DNA of 63,754 nt, counting the filler, from Octopus bimaculoides (taxonomy: Eukaryota), in assembly GCF_001194135.2 (NCBI RefSeq). It is 5 parts of 5 records of this genome, joined end to end, with 100 filler letters (N's around TTAATTAATTAA, not from the genome) between each part and the next. Parts side by side here need not be neighbours in the genome. Positions count along the whole stretch, not along the records: positions 1 to 29,739 come from NC_068982.1; positions 29,840 to 49,130 come from NC_068983.1; 3 more parts are not named here. One strand, written 5' to 3'. This document shows, piece after piece, positions 20,506-32,050 of this stretch (position 1 is the first letter of the stretch; each line of letters opens with the position of its first letter). The notes under the pieces are model-generated. The model had not been told where the DNA came from and searched no databases. It saw only the letters and a program-made list of their open reading frames with translations. Both the position numbers and the translations under genes were made by a program.

Positions 20506-21665
20506 TGCTTGTTGGTGATGTGTCATTCCTGGGAGCATCTGCCCCCCAGGCCATCCCACATTGAGAAAGTTAAAGTCACCCAAACTGATGTGCTGTTCCA
20601 GTTTGGCGAGAACTATCTTTATTATGCAATCATCACACTTACCTGCATCCGGTGGGTGATATGTAGTACATATGATAATATTAAGATGTCTTATATGCAC
20701 CATTTGAGTGTCACACACTGAATTGGAATATGACAGCAAGATCTGGGGTGTGAGGTACTCTCAGATGTACACAGCTGCTCCACCATGGCTGCTTTGTTTT
20801 CTATCTAAGCGTATGACAACATATTGTGATATGTGTATTTCTGCATCCGCTATATCAGGTCTAAGATGCTTGGCTACAAGTGACACGCATACAGCTTGAC
20901 TGCATGCCGCAAGATCTCTCAGGAATGATATTTTTTTTACAGTTGCTGTGCAACAACCCACCGATATTTAGAAGAAATATTTTTGTGATATTTGCGTTGG
21001 TGTTAGTGGTGGTCATGCTGTATCTCTTGTCGGTGGTGGCCTTGTGTGGTGGTGGGTGTAGTTCTAAGTCTATGTTTGAAGCCAGGTCAGCAGCTGAACA
21101 GCAATCTTTCGTGCCATGCATAAAAAAGATTGCTGTTCAGCTGCTGCCCTTTTCGCACCTGGGTGAAGCCGGCTGTTTGTTGGGTCACGCATTAGATCCG
21201 CATATCGTCTTTCGGGGGGTAGACAGAGCGCCATTTTTCTTCTTTGGTGCTTTTCTTTTGTCCTCCTCATAGAAGGGAGTATTGTCTTGGGCCCATGCAC
21301 ATTTGACAGGGCTTTTGATGCACAAAGCGACAGTTTGCACAATCATCACTGTGCTACCAGTATCCCTGCAGATAAAATTCGCAAATGATCCTGCTTCTGT
21401 CCTTGTAACTCCTGTAGATTTTGTTGGGGTTCTTTTGTTTCGTCCCAAAGTTTTTTGTTGTTTTTTCATTTTCCCTTTCTTTTGATCCTCGCGCTTCTTT
21501 GCTTCTGACAGGTTTTGTTCTGTCGGTCTTATGTCTATCTTTTCCTTTTCCGGTGCTCACAACTCTTTGGACGTTTGACGTGTTGGGGACCGGGCCTGTA
21601 TCATTGTTTCCCTCGTTTGCAGACCTCTTAGTCGTGGCTTTGGTTCTGTTCTTTTGAAAGAGCGC
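20506..21665 (-). mobile_element. CR1-like LINE segment A: ORF1 Cys/His zinc-finger region plus N-terminal half of the APE endonuclease
   Basis: ICEFYLQGY...DCANCRFVHQKPC (CCCH-like); IFLLNIGGL; KHLRPDIADAEIHISQYVVIRLDRKQSSHGGAAVYI; TTYHPPD; SLGDFNFLNVGW. Frameshifted. Confidence 0.85.
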
Positions 21666-21989
21666 TAGGCATATATTATATATATATATATAATTCAAAG
21701 AGAGTTAGAGGTTGTGAATGCAACCAACTAAGGGATAATATCTATCCAATATACTAGTGGTATAATACCCAATTAATACACAAGTGTTGGTTATTGCGTA
21801 GCAATTACACTACTGAGCGTAATAACTAGGCGAGTGTAACAAGTCGTTATTACCCTTAATTTATATGGCAAGAAGAAAATGGAGGGAATCCATAGGTAGT
21901 CTTCGTCAGCTGTCAGACATTATATTATGTCTATTTATTTATTTAAAACAGTTCTGATAATATATACATGCGTAAAGTACTAGTAATTT

Positions 21990-23065
21990 CTTGAATAGAG
22001 AAAGAAGAGCAGTTTCTTACAGCTGTTTCTGCCAAGAGGTCACAGTACCCACATGTTATTTCCATCTTGTTATTTCCATCTTTTCAGTGTACTGTAGTGA
22101 TCTGTAGACAAAATTAGGGTACTTGCTATTTTTGTCTTTATGTATAGGGAATATTCACTCTTTCAGTTTGCCTGGGAGCTTACCTCTTGCAAGGAAGCTC
22201 TGGAAAAGAAGCTGCAATAGTTTTGCAAGGGCCCGTTTGCACGATTTGAGAAGAATTGTTGGCAATCCATCGGGATGAACAGCTGAGTTCGCGTCAACCA
22301 TTATTATATATTCTTTGATGTTGATGTAATGAATTGTTACTGCCATCCTTCTTACATCTGTAGTGATAAAGAATTCTGCAGATTTACTGACTTGCATGGG
22401 ACGTAAGGGTGGTGTGAAAACACTTTTGAACTGTTCATTCAGTGTTTCCCTCGGAACCATCTTTTTGAGGGAAGTGGCCCTACTTTGCAACAGGTTTATT
22501 TGGTATACTTAAAGGAGGCTTTAGAGTTTGATTTTGTATTTTTTATAACCCAGGCTTCTTTGCTCTTTCTTTCTCGTGTTAGCATTGCAGTTATTTCTCA
22601 ATCTCCGGCAGTGTTGTTTTCACTGATATTGAGTTCTTTGTTGGTGCAGTTTGCAATCTTTGTACGCCGTCTCAAAAGAAATTTTTTCTCACTGGGAATC
22701 TTGCTCTCATGTGTAGTGGCCTTCCTTTATGGGTCAATCTTGTAGAGTATACTTGCATTACAGACTTGAATATTTTGATTTTCTTGTCAGTGTCGAGTGT
22801 AGAGAGATATTTGATCAATTTTGTTTGATGCTTTCTTTCTTAATTGATTTCTAGTCTGCTTTATGGAAGTTCAAATTGGATAGATTTTGGGTGCTTCTCA
22901 TACGCTGCAAATCGACGGATTCCTTTGGTTAATGTATAGTCAGCTCTATTAAATTTTGATCCCAGATTAGTGTCGGTGTCAGTTTCACATTATGTTCACA
23001 TATTGTTTGTGAACCAGAGATCAAGTATATTGTTTGTCCTAGCTGGTTGGAGTATTACAGTTAAA
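21990..23065 (-). mobile_element. CR1-like LINE segment B: C-terminal APE, linker and start of RT
   Basis: VILQPARTNNILDLWFTNN; LNEQFKSVFT; NSAVHPDGLPTILLKSCKRALAKLLQLLFQSFLARGKLP..IFPIHK. Confidence 0.85.
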
Positions 23066-23434
23066 TTTCTTTTGCCGAACTGGAGGACACCACTCTTTCC
23101 TGATTAAGCAACTGTCTTGAAAACTCGAATAACTCTACAAGAAGTTTTATTATGTTTTCTTTTCATTTCCCGTATTTATTCACTCATCCGTTTCTTGCAT
23201 CAACCTTCTTGACTTTTTTCACATGTACCAGCGTCCTGATATTCAAACAGAATAAACCATGTGCTCAGAGTCTGAGGATTGCTTGAAGACACAATGCATG
23301 TTATAAGAACCTGCATAGCCACGTGTCTTCACGTGTTTTCACAGCAAGAAGCTATTACTAGCTCGTATCTTTATACTGTGTACATTAAATGACATTTATC
23401 ACTCACCTGATGGAATGCTCAACGGAACAACAAA

Positions 23435-23792
<358 letters not shown>

Positions 23793-24354
23793 GTATGTTT
23801 GTAGAATAACGATTTTTAAAGTTAGAATTGGTATGTTCGATGCCTCGCCCTGACTGCTGATTTCATCACCATATGGGAATCCTCGGCTTCAATACATGGT
23901 GTTGTCGTTTGTTCTTGAGTTTTTCTTATGTTTCTTCTTCTTTATCAAATTATCACCAATACGAAACTTTGATCAAACTTTTCAAAGGAAATAAAATGAA
24001 AAAAAAGTTCACGAATTTGTTTGTTTTTTCTTGTCAAGTGTTTTACCGTTTAAATTTCTTATGTCATTATCGCTAAGAACATTAACAAAACGATTACTAT
24101 CGTCACCTTAAGCAACATTAGCTTAGTCACTATCATATTTAATATCAGTACAAGTAAATACATCACTTCCATCATTTCCTTATCCGAAACTCTCAATTAC
24201 AGTTAATTTCACTGAAAGGAAAATTTTATAATATAAATAATACTAAAATTGAAAAAAAAAATACCATGAAGACAAGCTACCGTAGTCACTATATCCACCT
24301 AAATTTGTTGATAGACCAGAACAAAAGAAAAAATCTTTCTCAACTTTATTCCGA

Positions 24355-24415
<61 letters not shown>

Positions 24416-24416
<1 letters not shown>

Positions 24417-24800
24417 ATTTAGAGTTATGTTTATCGTTAATGCCCATAAACCAGTCTATAACAGACTTACTGTTACCCCATAAGGATAATTCTATAATTC
24501 TGCTAATCCTATGCAGAATAAAATCTAGAATATTCCCGCTAATTATTCCTATTTGTTTTTTAGCTGGGTTAATAAGTCTACATTTAGGGTATCTGCTAAA
24601 ATCGGCTTTGTGTTCTTTAAAGGTTATTAAAGCCTTACGTGGAGGAAGGTACTCTATACTATTGCTGACGTTAAGGCCTCTTGCTAGCCTTCTTTCATCG
24701 AGATTCGTCTCTCTGTATAAATTATTGCCCACCTTTTCACACGTGTCTGTGGTACTATTAGTTTGCTGTATAATTTTTTGTTTACAGCATACAGAATTTT
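24416..24800 (-). mobile_element. Penelope-like element reverse transcriptase N-terminal fragment
   Basis: ORF 24406-24732 contains ALITFKEHKADFSRYPKCRLINPAKKQIGIISGNILD...WGNSKSVIDWF, matching the PLE RT pattern AFITLKDHK..F...PKCRLINP...W..T..VIDWF. Truncated at (CTAT)n. Confidence 0.8.
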
Positions 24801-24914
24801 TTTTTTGCTTTGTCAGACTTCACATTGTTTTGCTTTGTTCTTTTTTCTATCCTTTTTTATCGTTGCGTATACTCTTTCTATTTTCACCCTCTGTTCTGTC
24901 TCTATAATTTAGCC

Positions 24915-25205
24915 ATCAATCTCCGGCTCCTCCTACTGCTGCGAAAAACCCCAAATAAGAGGGATCAAAGAGAAAAGTTTAGGCCTATAAGGCTGCTGAA
25001 AGTAAATGTCAAAATTGTGGCCTAAATGTTAGCAGAGAGGTTGGCACTTGTTGAGAAACTGATTGGTGATGTGCAAAGATGTGCAATCCCAAGCAGATCC
25101 ATCCAAGACAACTTCCACCTCATGTGGTACTCCATAGAAAGGATGGGTAAAGGAGCTGGCATGGGTGCGGTCCGGAACAATTTGGATCAATATAAAGCCT
25201 TCGAC
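24915..25205 (+). mobile_element. Tx1/L1-clade RT fragment
   Basis: LLRKTPNKRDQREKFRPIRLLKVNVKIVA*MLAERL...QRCAIPSRSIQDNFHLM...NLDQYKAFD (RT domains 1-3), interrupted by a SINE C copy. Confidence 0.8.
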
Positions 25206-25572
25206 TGCTGCCATGCTGGAGCACCGCCTTTAGTTGAGCAACTCAACCCAGAGCTTATTCTTTGTAAGCATAGTACTTATTCTCTCGATCTCTTTGCCTA
25301 ACCGCTAAGTTACGGGGACATAAACACACCAGCATCGGTTGTCAAGCGATGTTGGGTGGGGGACAAATACTGACACACAAACATACACACACACATGTAT
25401 ATATATACATATATGATGGGCTTCTTCCGTCTACCAAATCCATTCTTAAGGCTTTGGTCTGCCCGAGGGTATAGTAAAAGACACTTCCCCAAGGTGCCAC
25501 GCAGTGGGACTGAACTCAGGACCATGTTGTTGGTAAGCAAGCTACTTACCACACAGTCACTCCTGCGCCTAT
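25200..25572 (-). mobile_element. SINE family C, near full length, with internal microsatellite
   Basis: gactgctgccatgctggagcaccgcctttag...catcggttgtcaagcgatg...ccgtctaccaaatcc...gtgccacgcagtgggactgaactc...actcctgcgcctat. Confidence 0.92.
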
Positions 25573-25947
25573 TGACAATAATTCGAATTTAATTTTATCT
25601 AAAGATATTTAAGGCGGGACTACTGCTTGTAGTGTAAGATGTTTCTCAATATCTGATTGTATTTGACGTCTTTACTGGTAGTTAAAATGTTTCTGTGAAT
25701 AATTGTTGCCAAGGTCAGCTGTGTAACGCGTTCATCAAACCGTGACGTTTAGGCCGTACGCTGATGGGTTAATATAGCGTCCATAAAATTCAGTCTATTT
25801 GAATGCGTGCAAAGGAAAAATGAAGCTTTTTCATTCAACTTGCCAATTGAGGTGCACATGGAATGTTTAATAATAGCAATGCATAAATATTTCCCTGAAA
25901 ATTATTATAAAATATGAATGTAATTTAAAACATACATACACACACAC

Positions 25948-25997
<50 letters not shown>

Positions 25998-26017
25998 GTT
26001 ATCTTTTATCTTTGTTG

Positions 26018-27120
26018 AGCCTTCTGACTTCCATCACACTTCCTGCTTCAGTCGAATGCCACTCACATGTACAGCACATTTCACCGGTTTCTTTGAGAGA
26101 AAACGAATGTCTCAGTTTTCGCAGCATTAATTTTCATTCATACCGAACAGCACTCAGGCAAGTCGAGCAGTCACATGTCGACTGCAAATTCCAGCTGACT
26201 AATCTCACATCCGCCGCTCTCGATACCACTTCCAACCCAGCTGCGCATGTCAATCCTGTCCATGAAGACCATGAGCAGGAGAGGTGACAGTATGCACTCT
26301 TGATGGAGTCCGACAATTGCACTGAATGATTTCGACTTGCCACAATTTATTGGAACACAAATACAAGGACATTCTTATAGAAATTCAAGGACAACAAGAA
26401 GCGGTCCCTTAATGCAGCAGAAATTCCAACCACATGTTCCGTGGGACACGGTCGTATGCCTCTTCGAGGTCTACAAAACATCCTCGCTCAATTTCACAGA
26501 GACTGTTTTCACAAGTGAAGGAAGACATGAGGCTGAATTAAGCCTAGGAATTACAAGGGGTAATGCAATAGTGTACCAGTTTAGGCATTTCGTCACCAAA
26601 AGAAAGGAAGTAGGTGTAAAAGCTAAACTCGTTGTCTTCAATTTGGTGTTCATAAATACTCTTACCTATAGTCATGAATATTGGAGAATGACCGAAAGAA
26701 TAAGGTCGTGAACACAAGCGGCAGAGATGAGGTTCCTCTGAAGGCTGTTTTGAGTAACATTTCGTAGCTCGGAAATCAGAGAGGTACTCCAAGTTTAGCT
26801 GGTACTTCTCTGAACTGTGAGATCACATAACCCATACTATGAACTTGTGGTAAGAATGTTCCCAAAAAGAATCACTGGACAAATTTTATGAGTAAAACCA
26901 ACCAGCAGGAGATCCAGGGGGTAAACCGCAAACAAGATGACTGATTGGATGATATCCATGAGCTCGGTTGGTTTCAGTTGGGAATCCAGTTGGATCAATT
27001 GGAGACGGCTGTTTCTGAGAGGTCCCAGTTGAAAGCATGCTTGAAGACTCTGTCCGCACCACCCTCCTAGGAATAAAAGAGCGAAGAAGATGAGATCAGA
27101 TGAGATCAGATGCGATGAGA
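26018..27120 (+). mobile_element. 5'-truncated RTE-clade LINE with an inverted 5' segment (26018-~26500 minus, ~26505-27120 plus)
   Basis: Minus part: CFVDLEEAYDRVPR...VGLHQECILSPLLLMVFMDRI...MKINAAKTE...VSGIRLKQ. Plus part: VFTSEGRHE...TLTYSHEYWRMTERIRS*TQAAEMRFL...DDIHELGW. (GATGA)-type tail. Confidence 0.88.
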
Positions 27121-27124
27121 TGTT

Positions 27125-27340
27125 TTATCTTTTATTTGTTTCGATCATTGGACTGCGACTACGCCAGGGAACCACCTTGAATGGTTTTTGTCGAAGGAAT
27201 CAAAATTACTATTTTTCTCTAAAGCCCGATACTTATTCTATTTGTCTATTTTGCCGAACTAAGTTACAGAGAGGTAAACATATCAAAACCGGTTGTTGAG
27301 TGGTGGTGGTGGGAAATGAACACGAAGACAAAGGCACACG
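27125..27340 (-). mobile_element. SINE family C, 3' half, diverged
   Basis: ttatcttttatttgtttcgatcattggactgcgac...gatacttattctatttgtctattttgccgaactaagttac. Confidence 0.75.
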
Positions 27341-28015
27341 CCTAACTTTTCAGGACAAGTGTCTGTAACTATATGAAGCTGCTATTCTGCTTGAGACGGA
27401 AGTTTATCGCATGTAAATAACTGGTAATATTCCGAATATGATAGAGAAGAAAGTTATCTGGATAAAAATGCAGGAAAGTCCCAGCAAAAATATTTGAATT
27501 AAACATTCATAAACTAGTAGTCCTTCGCATCATGTACTCTGTAATTTTACCTTTATAATTAAATCAACACTTTCGTCATTAGCAATATGGAGAAAGGTTT
27601 CGACTTTTAGCAAAAGACGTGTTTCTGTTAAGCATGGAAATTAACTATACAATGAAAGAAGCATCATATGTAATAAAAACTACGTTCAAAACAGGCTCGA
27701 GTATGACTACAATTTTGATTACCTGCTGATGTATATTGTAAATATTCTATCACCAATTATATTGCTCTTTTGGTGTATTTAACGGAAATTTTATTATAGC
27801 AAAACTACAGAAAATACACGTTTGCGCTGAAAGCTTGTAGCGTCTGTTGTATGAATATTTATAGTAGCCACGCCGATAAATATAATGCTTAAAGATTTCA
27901 CGAGAAACATATAATTATTGTTTACTCTTATATAAATTAGGTTACTAAATCAAAAATGTATGCCATCTTTCTCTTCGCTCTCTTTCTTCTCTAAATTCAT
28001 ACATACATACATACA

Positions 28016-28082
<67 letters not shown>

Positions 28083-28179
28083 NNNNNNNNNNNNNNNNNN
28101 NNNNNNNNNNNNNNNATATATATGTGTATTAGTAAAGTTAATCGCTACATCAATATCGCTGATCAATGTTTCAACTGTT

Positions 28180-28332
28180 TTTACGTTCTGAGTTCAAATT
28201 CTGCCGCGGTCGACTTTGTCTTTCATCCTTTCGGGGTCGATAATTTAAGTATTAGTTGCGTACTGGGATCGATCTAACCGACTTCCCCCTTCCCCCAAAA
28301 TTTCGGGCTTTATGCCTAGAGTAGAAAAGAAT
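28180..28332 (+). mobile_element. SINE family A1, 5' truncated
   Basis: ttacgttctgagttcaaattctgccgcggtcgactttgtctttcatcctttcggggtcgataa...tgcctagagtagaaaagaat. Confidence 0.88.
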
Positions 28333-28539
28333 TTTTGAACTCAAGGCAAATCTTCCACCAGCTGGTTATACTTGCAGCATGCACCTTGTATATATTGCAA
28401 GCAGGGGAGTGAACCCCACTACTCCCCAGAAGACAAGGGGATCACGAGATCGACTCGGTTTCGAGCTACTTTTGCTCATTCTGGCGGATGATCTGCCTGG
28501 GGTTAAAGCAGTAGTAACATTCAACAGCTATATTGCTGA

Positions 28540-28740
28540 AGAAATTTAATTTACTGCGTCAAATGTCCGAATTGTGAAGAGATATACGTTGGTCAGACTT
28601 GGAATGCGTTACGGAATATTCACGAATGCACCGACAGCAATTTAGGGACAATGATGTCCGTTAGATGCCTTTAAGCAAGCATCTGACAACATGTGGTCAC
28701 AAAATTTCATAATATTCCCATTCTGCAAACTACAACACTC
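28540..28740 (+). mobile_element. Second Penelope-like GIY-YIG endonuclease fragment
   Basis: NLIYCVKCPNCEEIYVGQTWNALRN, then after a frameshift HRQQFRDNDVR*MPLSKHLTTCGH. Confidence 0.85.
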
Positions 28741-28846
28741 ACGTGAAATTGAGAGTAAAATCAGGTAATAGAATTTTATCGATGAATTTAACCCGTTCTA
28801 AATGGACAGTTATAGCAACTATGATAATTAAAATGATGATGGAGAT

Positions 28847-28847
<1 letters not shown>

Positions 28848-28929
<82 letters not shown>

Positions 28930-28935
28930 TAATAA
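28848..28935. repeat. (TAA)n microsatellite
   Basis: Direct reading. Confidence 0.95.
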
Positions 28936-29087
28936 CATTAGAAGGATTGACGCTACTCCTCCAGAAAGTAAAGAAACAATAAGAAGAATGTGACTGTTAT
29001 CGAATGAACAATATTTCGACATCTCGTGTGTCTTCCACAAATTCAAAATAACCGTCTCAATCTATTTCATTTTGGTGATATTTAAAT

Positions 29088-29166
29088 GATTGATGTTACT
29101 CCTCCAGAAAGTAAAGAAATATAGATATCAATTGTTTCTTTACTTTCTGGAGAAGTAACATCAATC
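29088..29166. repeat. 32-bp inverted repeat (31/32 match) with a third direct copy at 28945-28976
   Basis: gattgatgttactcctccagaaagtaaagaaa, 15-nt spacer, tttctttactttctggagaagtaacatcaatc. Confidence 0.92.
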
Positions 29167-29739
29167 CTTTAATGATGATAATAATAATAATAATGATAAA
29201 TAATAATAATAATCGTAACAACAACAACAACAATAATAATAATAATCAGTACTACTACTATTACTACTGCTACCACCACCAACACTAACAACAAAGACAA
29301 GAATAATAAAGCGATGGGAGGATGGTAGTAATGTTGACCAGATGAACATTAACTCGACTCAAATGTAAACATTTCTGGAGTAACAATAGAATTCAATGAA
29401 AGCAGGTATGTTTGTAACATTCCAAAGTATAACCAAACAATTATTCCTTTAGGTGCGATGAAAGAAAAGAATACTTGACGTGTCCTCCAAATCATGACAT
29501 CTAAGCCACATGCTGATTAGTTGAAATACAGTTAGAACTAAGTTGGCGCGCACACCATACTGTAACATCGAAGCCATATCCTGATTAGTCGAATTACACT
29601 TCGTAAGATTCAGCCTGCTGGAGCCCATCGGTATTTAAAGGATAAATCCAACTACTTCGCCACAGTTGTCAATTGTGGAACATTGACAACTGCGTGACAA
29701 CTCCGGCTACATATATTTATAATACTGATTATATATATA

Positions 29740-29839
29740 NNNNNNNNNNNNNNNNNNNNNNNNNNNNNNNNNNNNNNNNNNNNTTAATTAATTAANNNNN
29801 NNNNNNNNNNNNNNNNNNNNNNNNNNNNNNNNNNNNNNN
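29740..29839. other. Artificial 100-bp scaffolding linker 44N-TTAATTAATTAA-44N (also 49131-49230, 57638-57737, 61852-61951)
   Basis: Identical length and a six-frame-stop core at four places. Confidence 0.95.
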
Positions 29840-30236
29840 AATTTATATGTATTTTTCTTTTTCGTCTCTGTGCGTTTGGAAACATTTTCGATTTTCATAT
29901 CTTGCAGATTTGTTTCAAATCCTTTCAACCTAAATCAGATTGATCCTACAAATATTAGATGAGTTATTATTATCTGAAAATGTAATACTTTTGCTTGCTC
30001 TTCGCTTTCAGTATCCCGACATTTCATATGAAATGTAATAATCTGTTCTTGTTTTTCTTGATAGATTAGGTCTCATTGACTCAAGTATACACACACATAT
30101 GCATATGTATATACACACGGACACAAACATGTACACTCACACACATATATACACACATATATATATGTGTATGTGCGTGTGCATAGATAGATATACATAC
30201 GCAAACACAGATAGACACACACACACATATATATGC

Positions 30237-30275
<39 letters not shown>

Positions 30276-30316
30276 TATGCATATACATATATATATTATA
30301 TATGTGTATGTATGTA

Positions 30317-30593
30317 CGTGGTCTGATTAATAAATATCCGGACTGTAACCATAGTAACGAAGGTAAAGCACGTAGAGAAATGTCACTTTGTAAAGATTGA
30401 CATTCAACTTTGGTGTGCGTGCGCACAAAGTTTTGAACGTTATAGTTCACTTCCGCCAAATACAGGAGTGCTTGGAACGAAGTTGTGTAGCGTGTGATCG
30501 TCGCACTGACCATGGCAGAGAAAGTTGAACGGAGAATCTGCATCAAGTTTTGTCAAGAGCCTGGTGATACCTGCTCGGAGGCCTACGCCAAGG
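30317..30593 (+). mobile_element. Mariner element 5' end (TIR, UTR and transposase start)
   Basis: TA|cgtggtctgattaataaatatccggactg TIR. ATG at 30512 gives MAEKVERRICIKFCQEPGDTCSEAYAK. Confidence 0.85.
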
Positions 30594-31075
30594 TTTCAAG
30601 AAACAAAAAAGGTTTTCATCGTTCTCGACCCAGTCATGGAGATCTTGTGCAACTGAAACCCTAGTCTCCTTTTGGTCAGCTGAAAGCAGTTTTGGCACTA
30701 ACTTGGCAGATATGCGTTTCATACCTAAATCTTCCGTAATAATGAACTGAACTGAACCGTAACTAATCTGCATACCATTCTGGTAACAAACAGATTGTGA
30801 TTTCACTATTTTCCCGCACATTTATACGCACACCTGCGGTGTCTTTCTCAGTCCTGCTGGTTTCAGGTCTCGCAAGAATTTCGTCAATATCGACATCTTT
30901 TTGACCATCTTAGAGACGTCTGCACCACTCATGCGCTTGTGTACGGCTAATACATTCTTCTCCATACACTTTCAGCAACCTGGCAAAGGCTTCTGAGCAG
31001 GTTTCACCATGACAACTCTCTCTGTCATTGTCAATGTGTCGATCAAACCTTCCTTTCAAGGAAATCAAAGTCAGG
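30594..31075 (-). mobile_element. Second mariner transposase fragment in opposite orientation
   Basis: ATG at 31028 (MTERV), then HGETCSEAFARLLKVYGEECISRTQAHEWCRRL and ISYGSVQFIITEDLGMKRISAKLVPKLLSADQKETRVSVAQD. Confidence 0.88.
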
Positions 31076-31678
31076 TTTCTGCTTTTAGGGCTGCGTAAAG
31101 TCCTCGTTGAAGCCATGTGACATATGAGACGTCAGTTGGTACAGTAATGATTGTCAGTACCACCAATGGAGGAAACAAGAAACAAAGGCAGTTTGCAAGA
31201 GGACACGCATTTCCTGGCAGAATTTAATCAAACTGCTCGAAAATGTACCACCAGTACAGTGAATTAGGAGATCTTGTCCTTTAATATCAGCACACGTGTA
31301 CTCTTCTGAACAGTTAGGTTTATTAGTTACATGAAGACAGTAGAGGATTTTATGAGACCACAATGTTCTTAATGGTCAGTTATACAGTTCCTTGATCGTG
31401 AATGGAGAGAGAGTGAAGGAGAGAAGGAGAGAGAGAGTCGAATATATGCATATATATATGAGAGGTATTGGTATCTAGCATACCCAAAGAATGGCAGGTA
31501 ACGCTAGTAATTGCTATGGACAGACCGTAGTTATACTCCTGGCTCCATAGTGATACGAGTGAGGAGTTTAATGTGGGTCTTGTATTAGCATGCATTTATA
31601 TATTAGACAAAATGAGATAACAAAGCAAAGGCTGTGAGTAGTTTTCAGGACATTCATCGGGAAAAATGATATAGATAT

Positions 31679-31728
31679 AGTCTTACAGCTGTTTCTGGGA
31701 TACTATGGATACCCTTTCATCAGAGACG
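31679..31728 (-). ncRNA. Minimal type-I hammerhead ribozyme motif (family H2)
   Basis: Minus strand CGUCU CUGAUGA AAGGGUAUCCAUAGUAUCCCA GAAA CAGCUG UA AGACU. Core intact, helix I GUCU/AGAC, helix II degenerate. Confidence 0.68.
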
Positions 31729-32050
31729 ATATGAGATGGTTAAATAGAGGTAAATATTTGAGCTTAAAATCAGGAACTATTATGGAAAAGGAGACACACA
31801 GAATCCACGGCTCTATTCTTTGAAATTACTAAACATCAACTACTACTGGAACTTACACACCATGTATAAGAAACTTTTTCACCACTTCTATACACCACAT
31901 TCCTCGAATAATGGATCTGCAACTAAAATATATTTATATATTTAATATTTTATTTCTAATTTTATTTTCTTATTTCCCCCTATATTCCTTATATCCTCCC
32001 ATTCCATAATAATCCGTTATTTCGAACTCAAATATTTATTTCTATTTAAC

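Noticed and set aside
21860-21915. Minus-strand CUGACGA followed by agactacctatggattccc in the insert between the CR1 segments
   Set aside because: No GAAA or helix III follows. At most a deleted remnant of a ribozyme-bearing repeat.
22012-22050. ttacagctgtttc, identical to the 3' half of the H2 hammerhead
   Set aside because: The CUGAUGA half is incomplete (CUG-UGA), helix II does not form, and the site can be read as decayed LINE coding sequence (GRSC-like motif).
25745-25772. gggttaa ends resembling piggyBac-type termini (also 34295-34309)
   Set aside because: No matching opposite terminus found.
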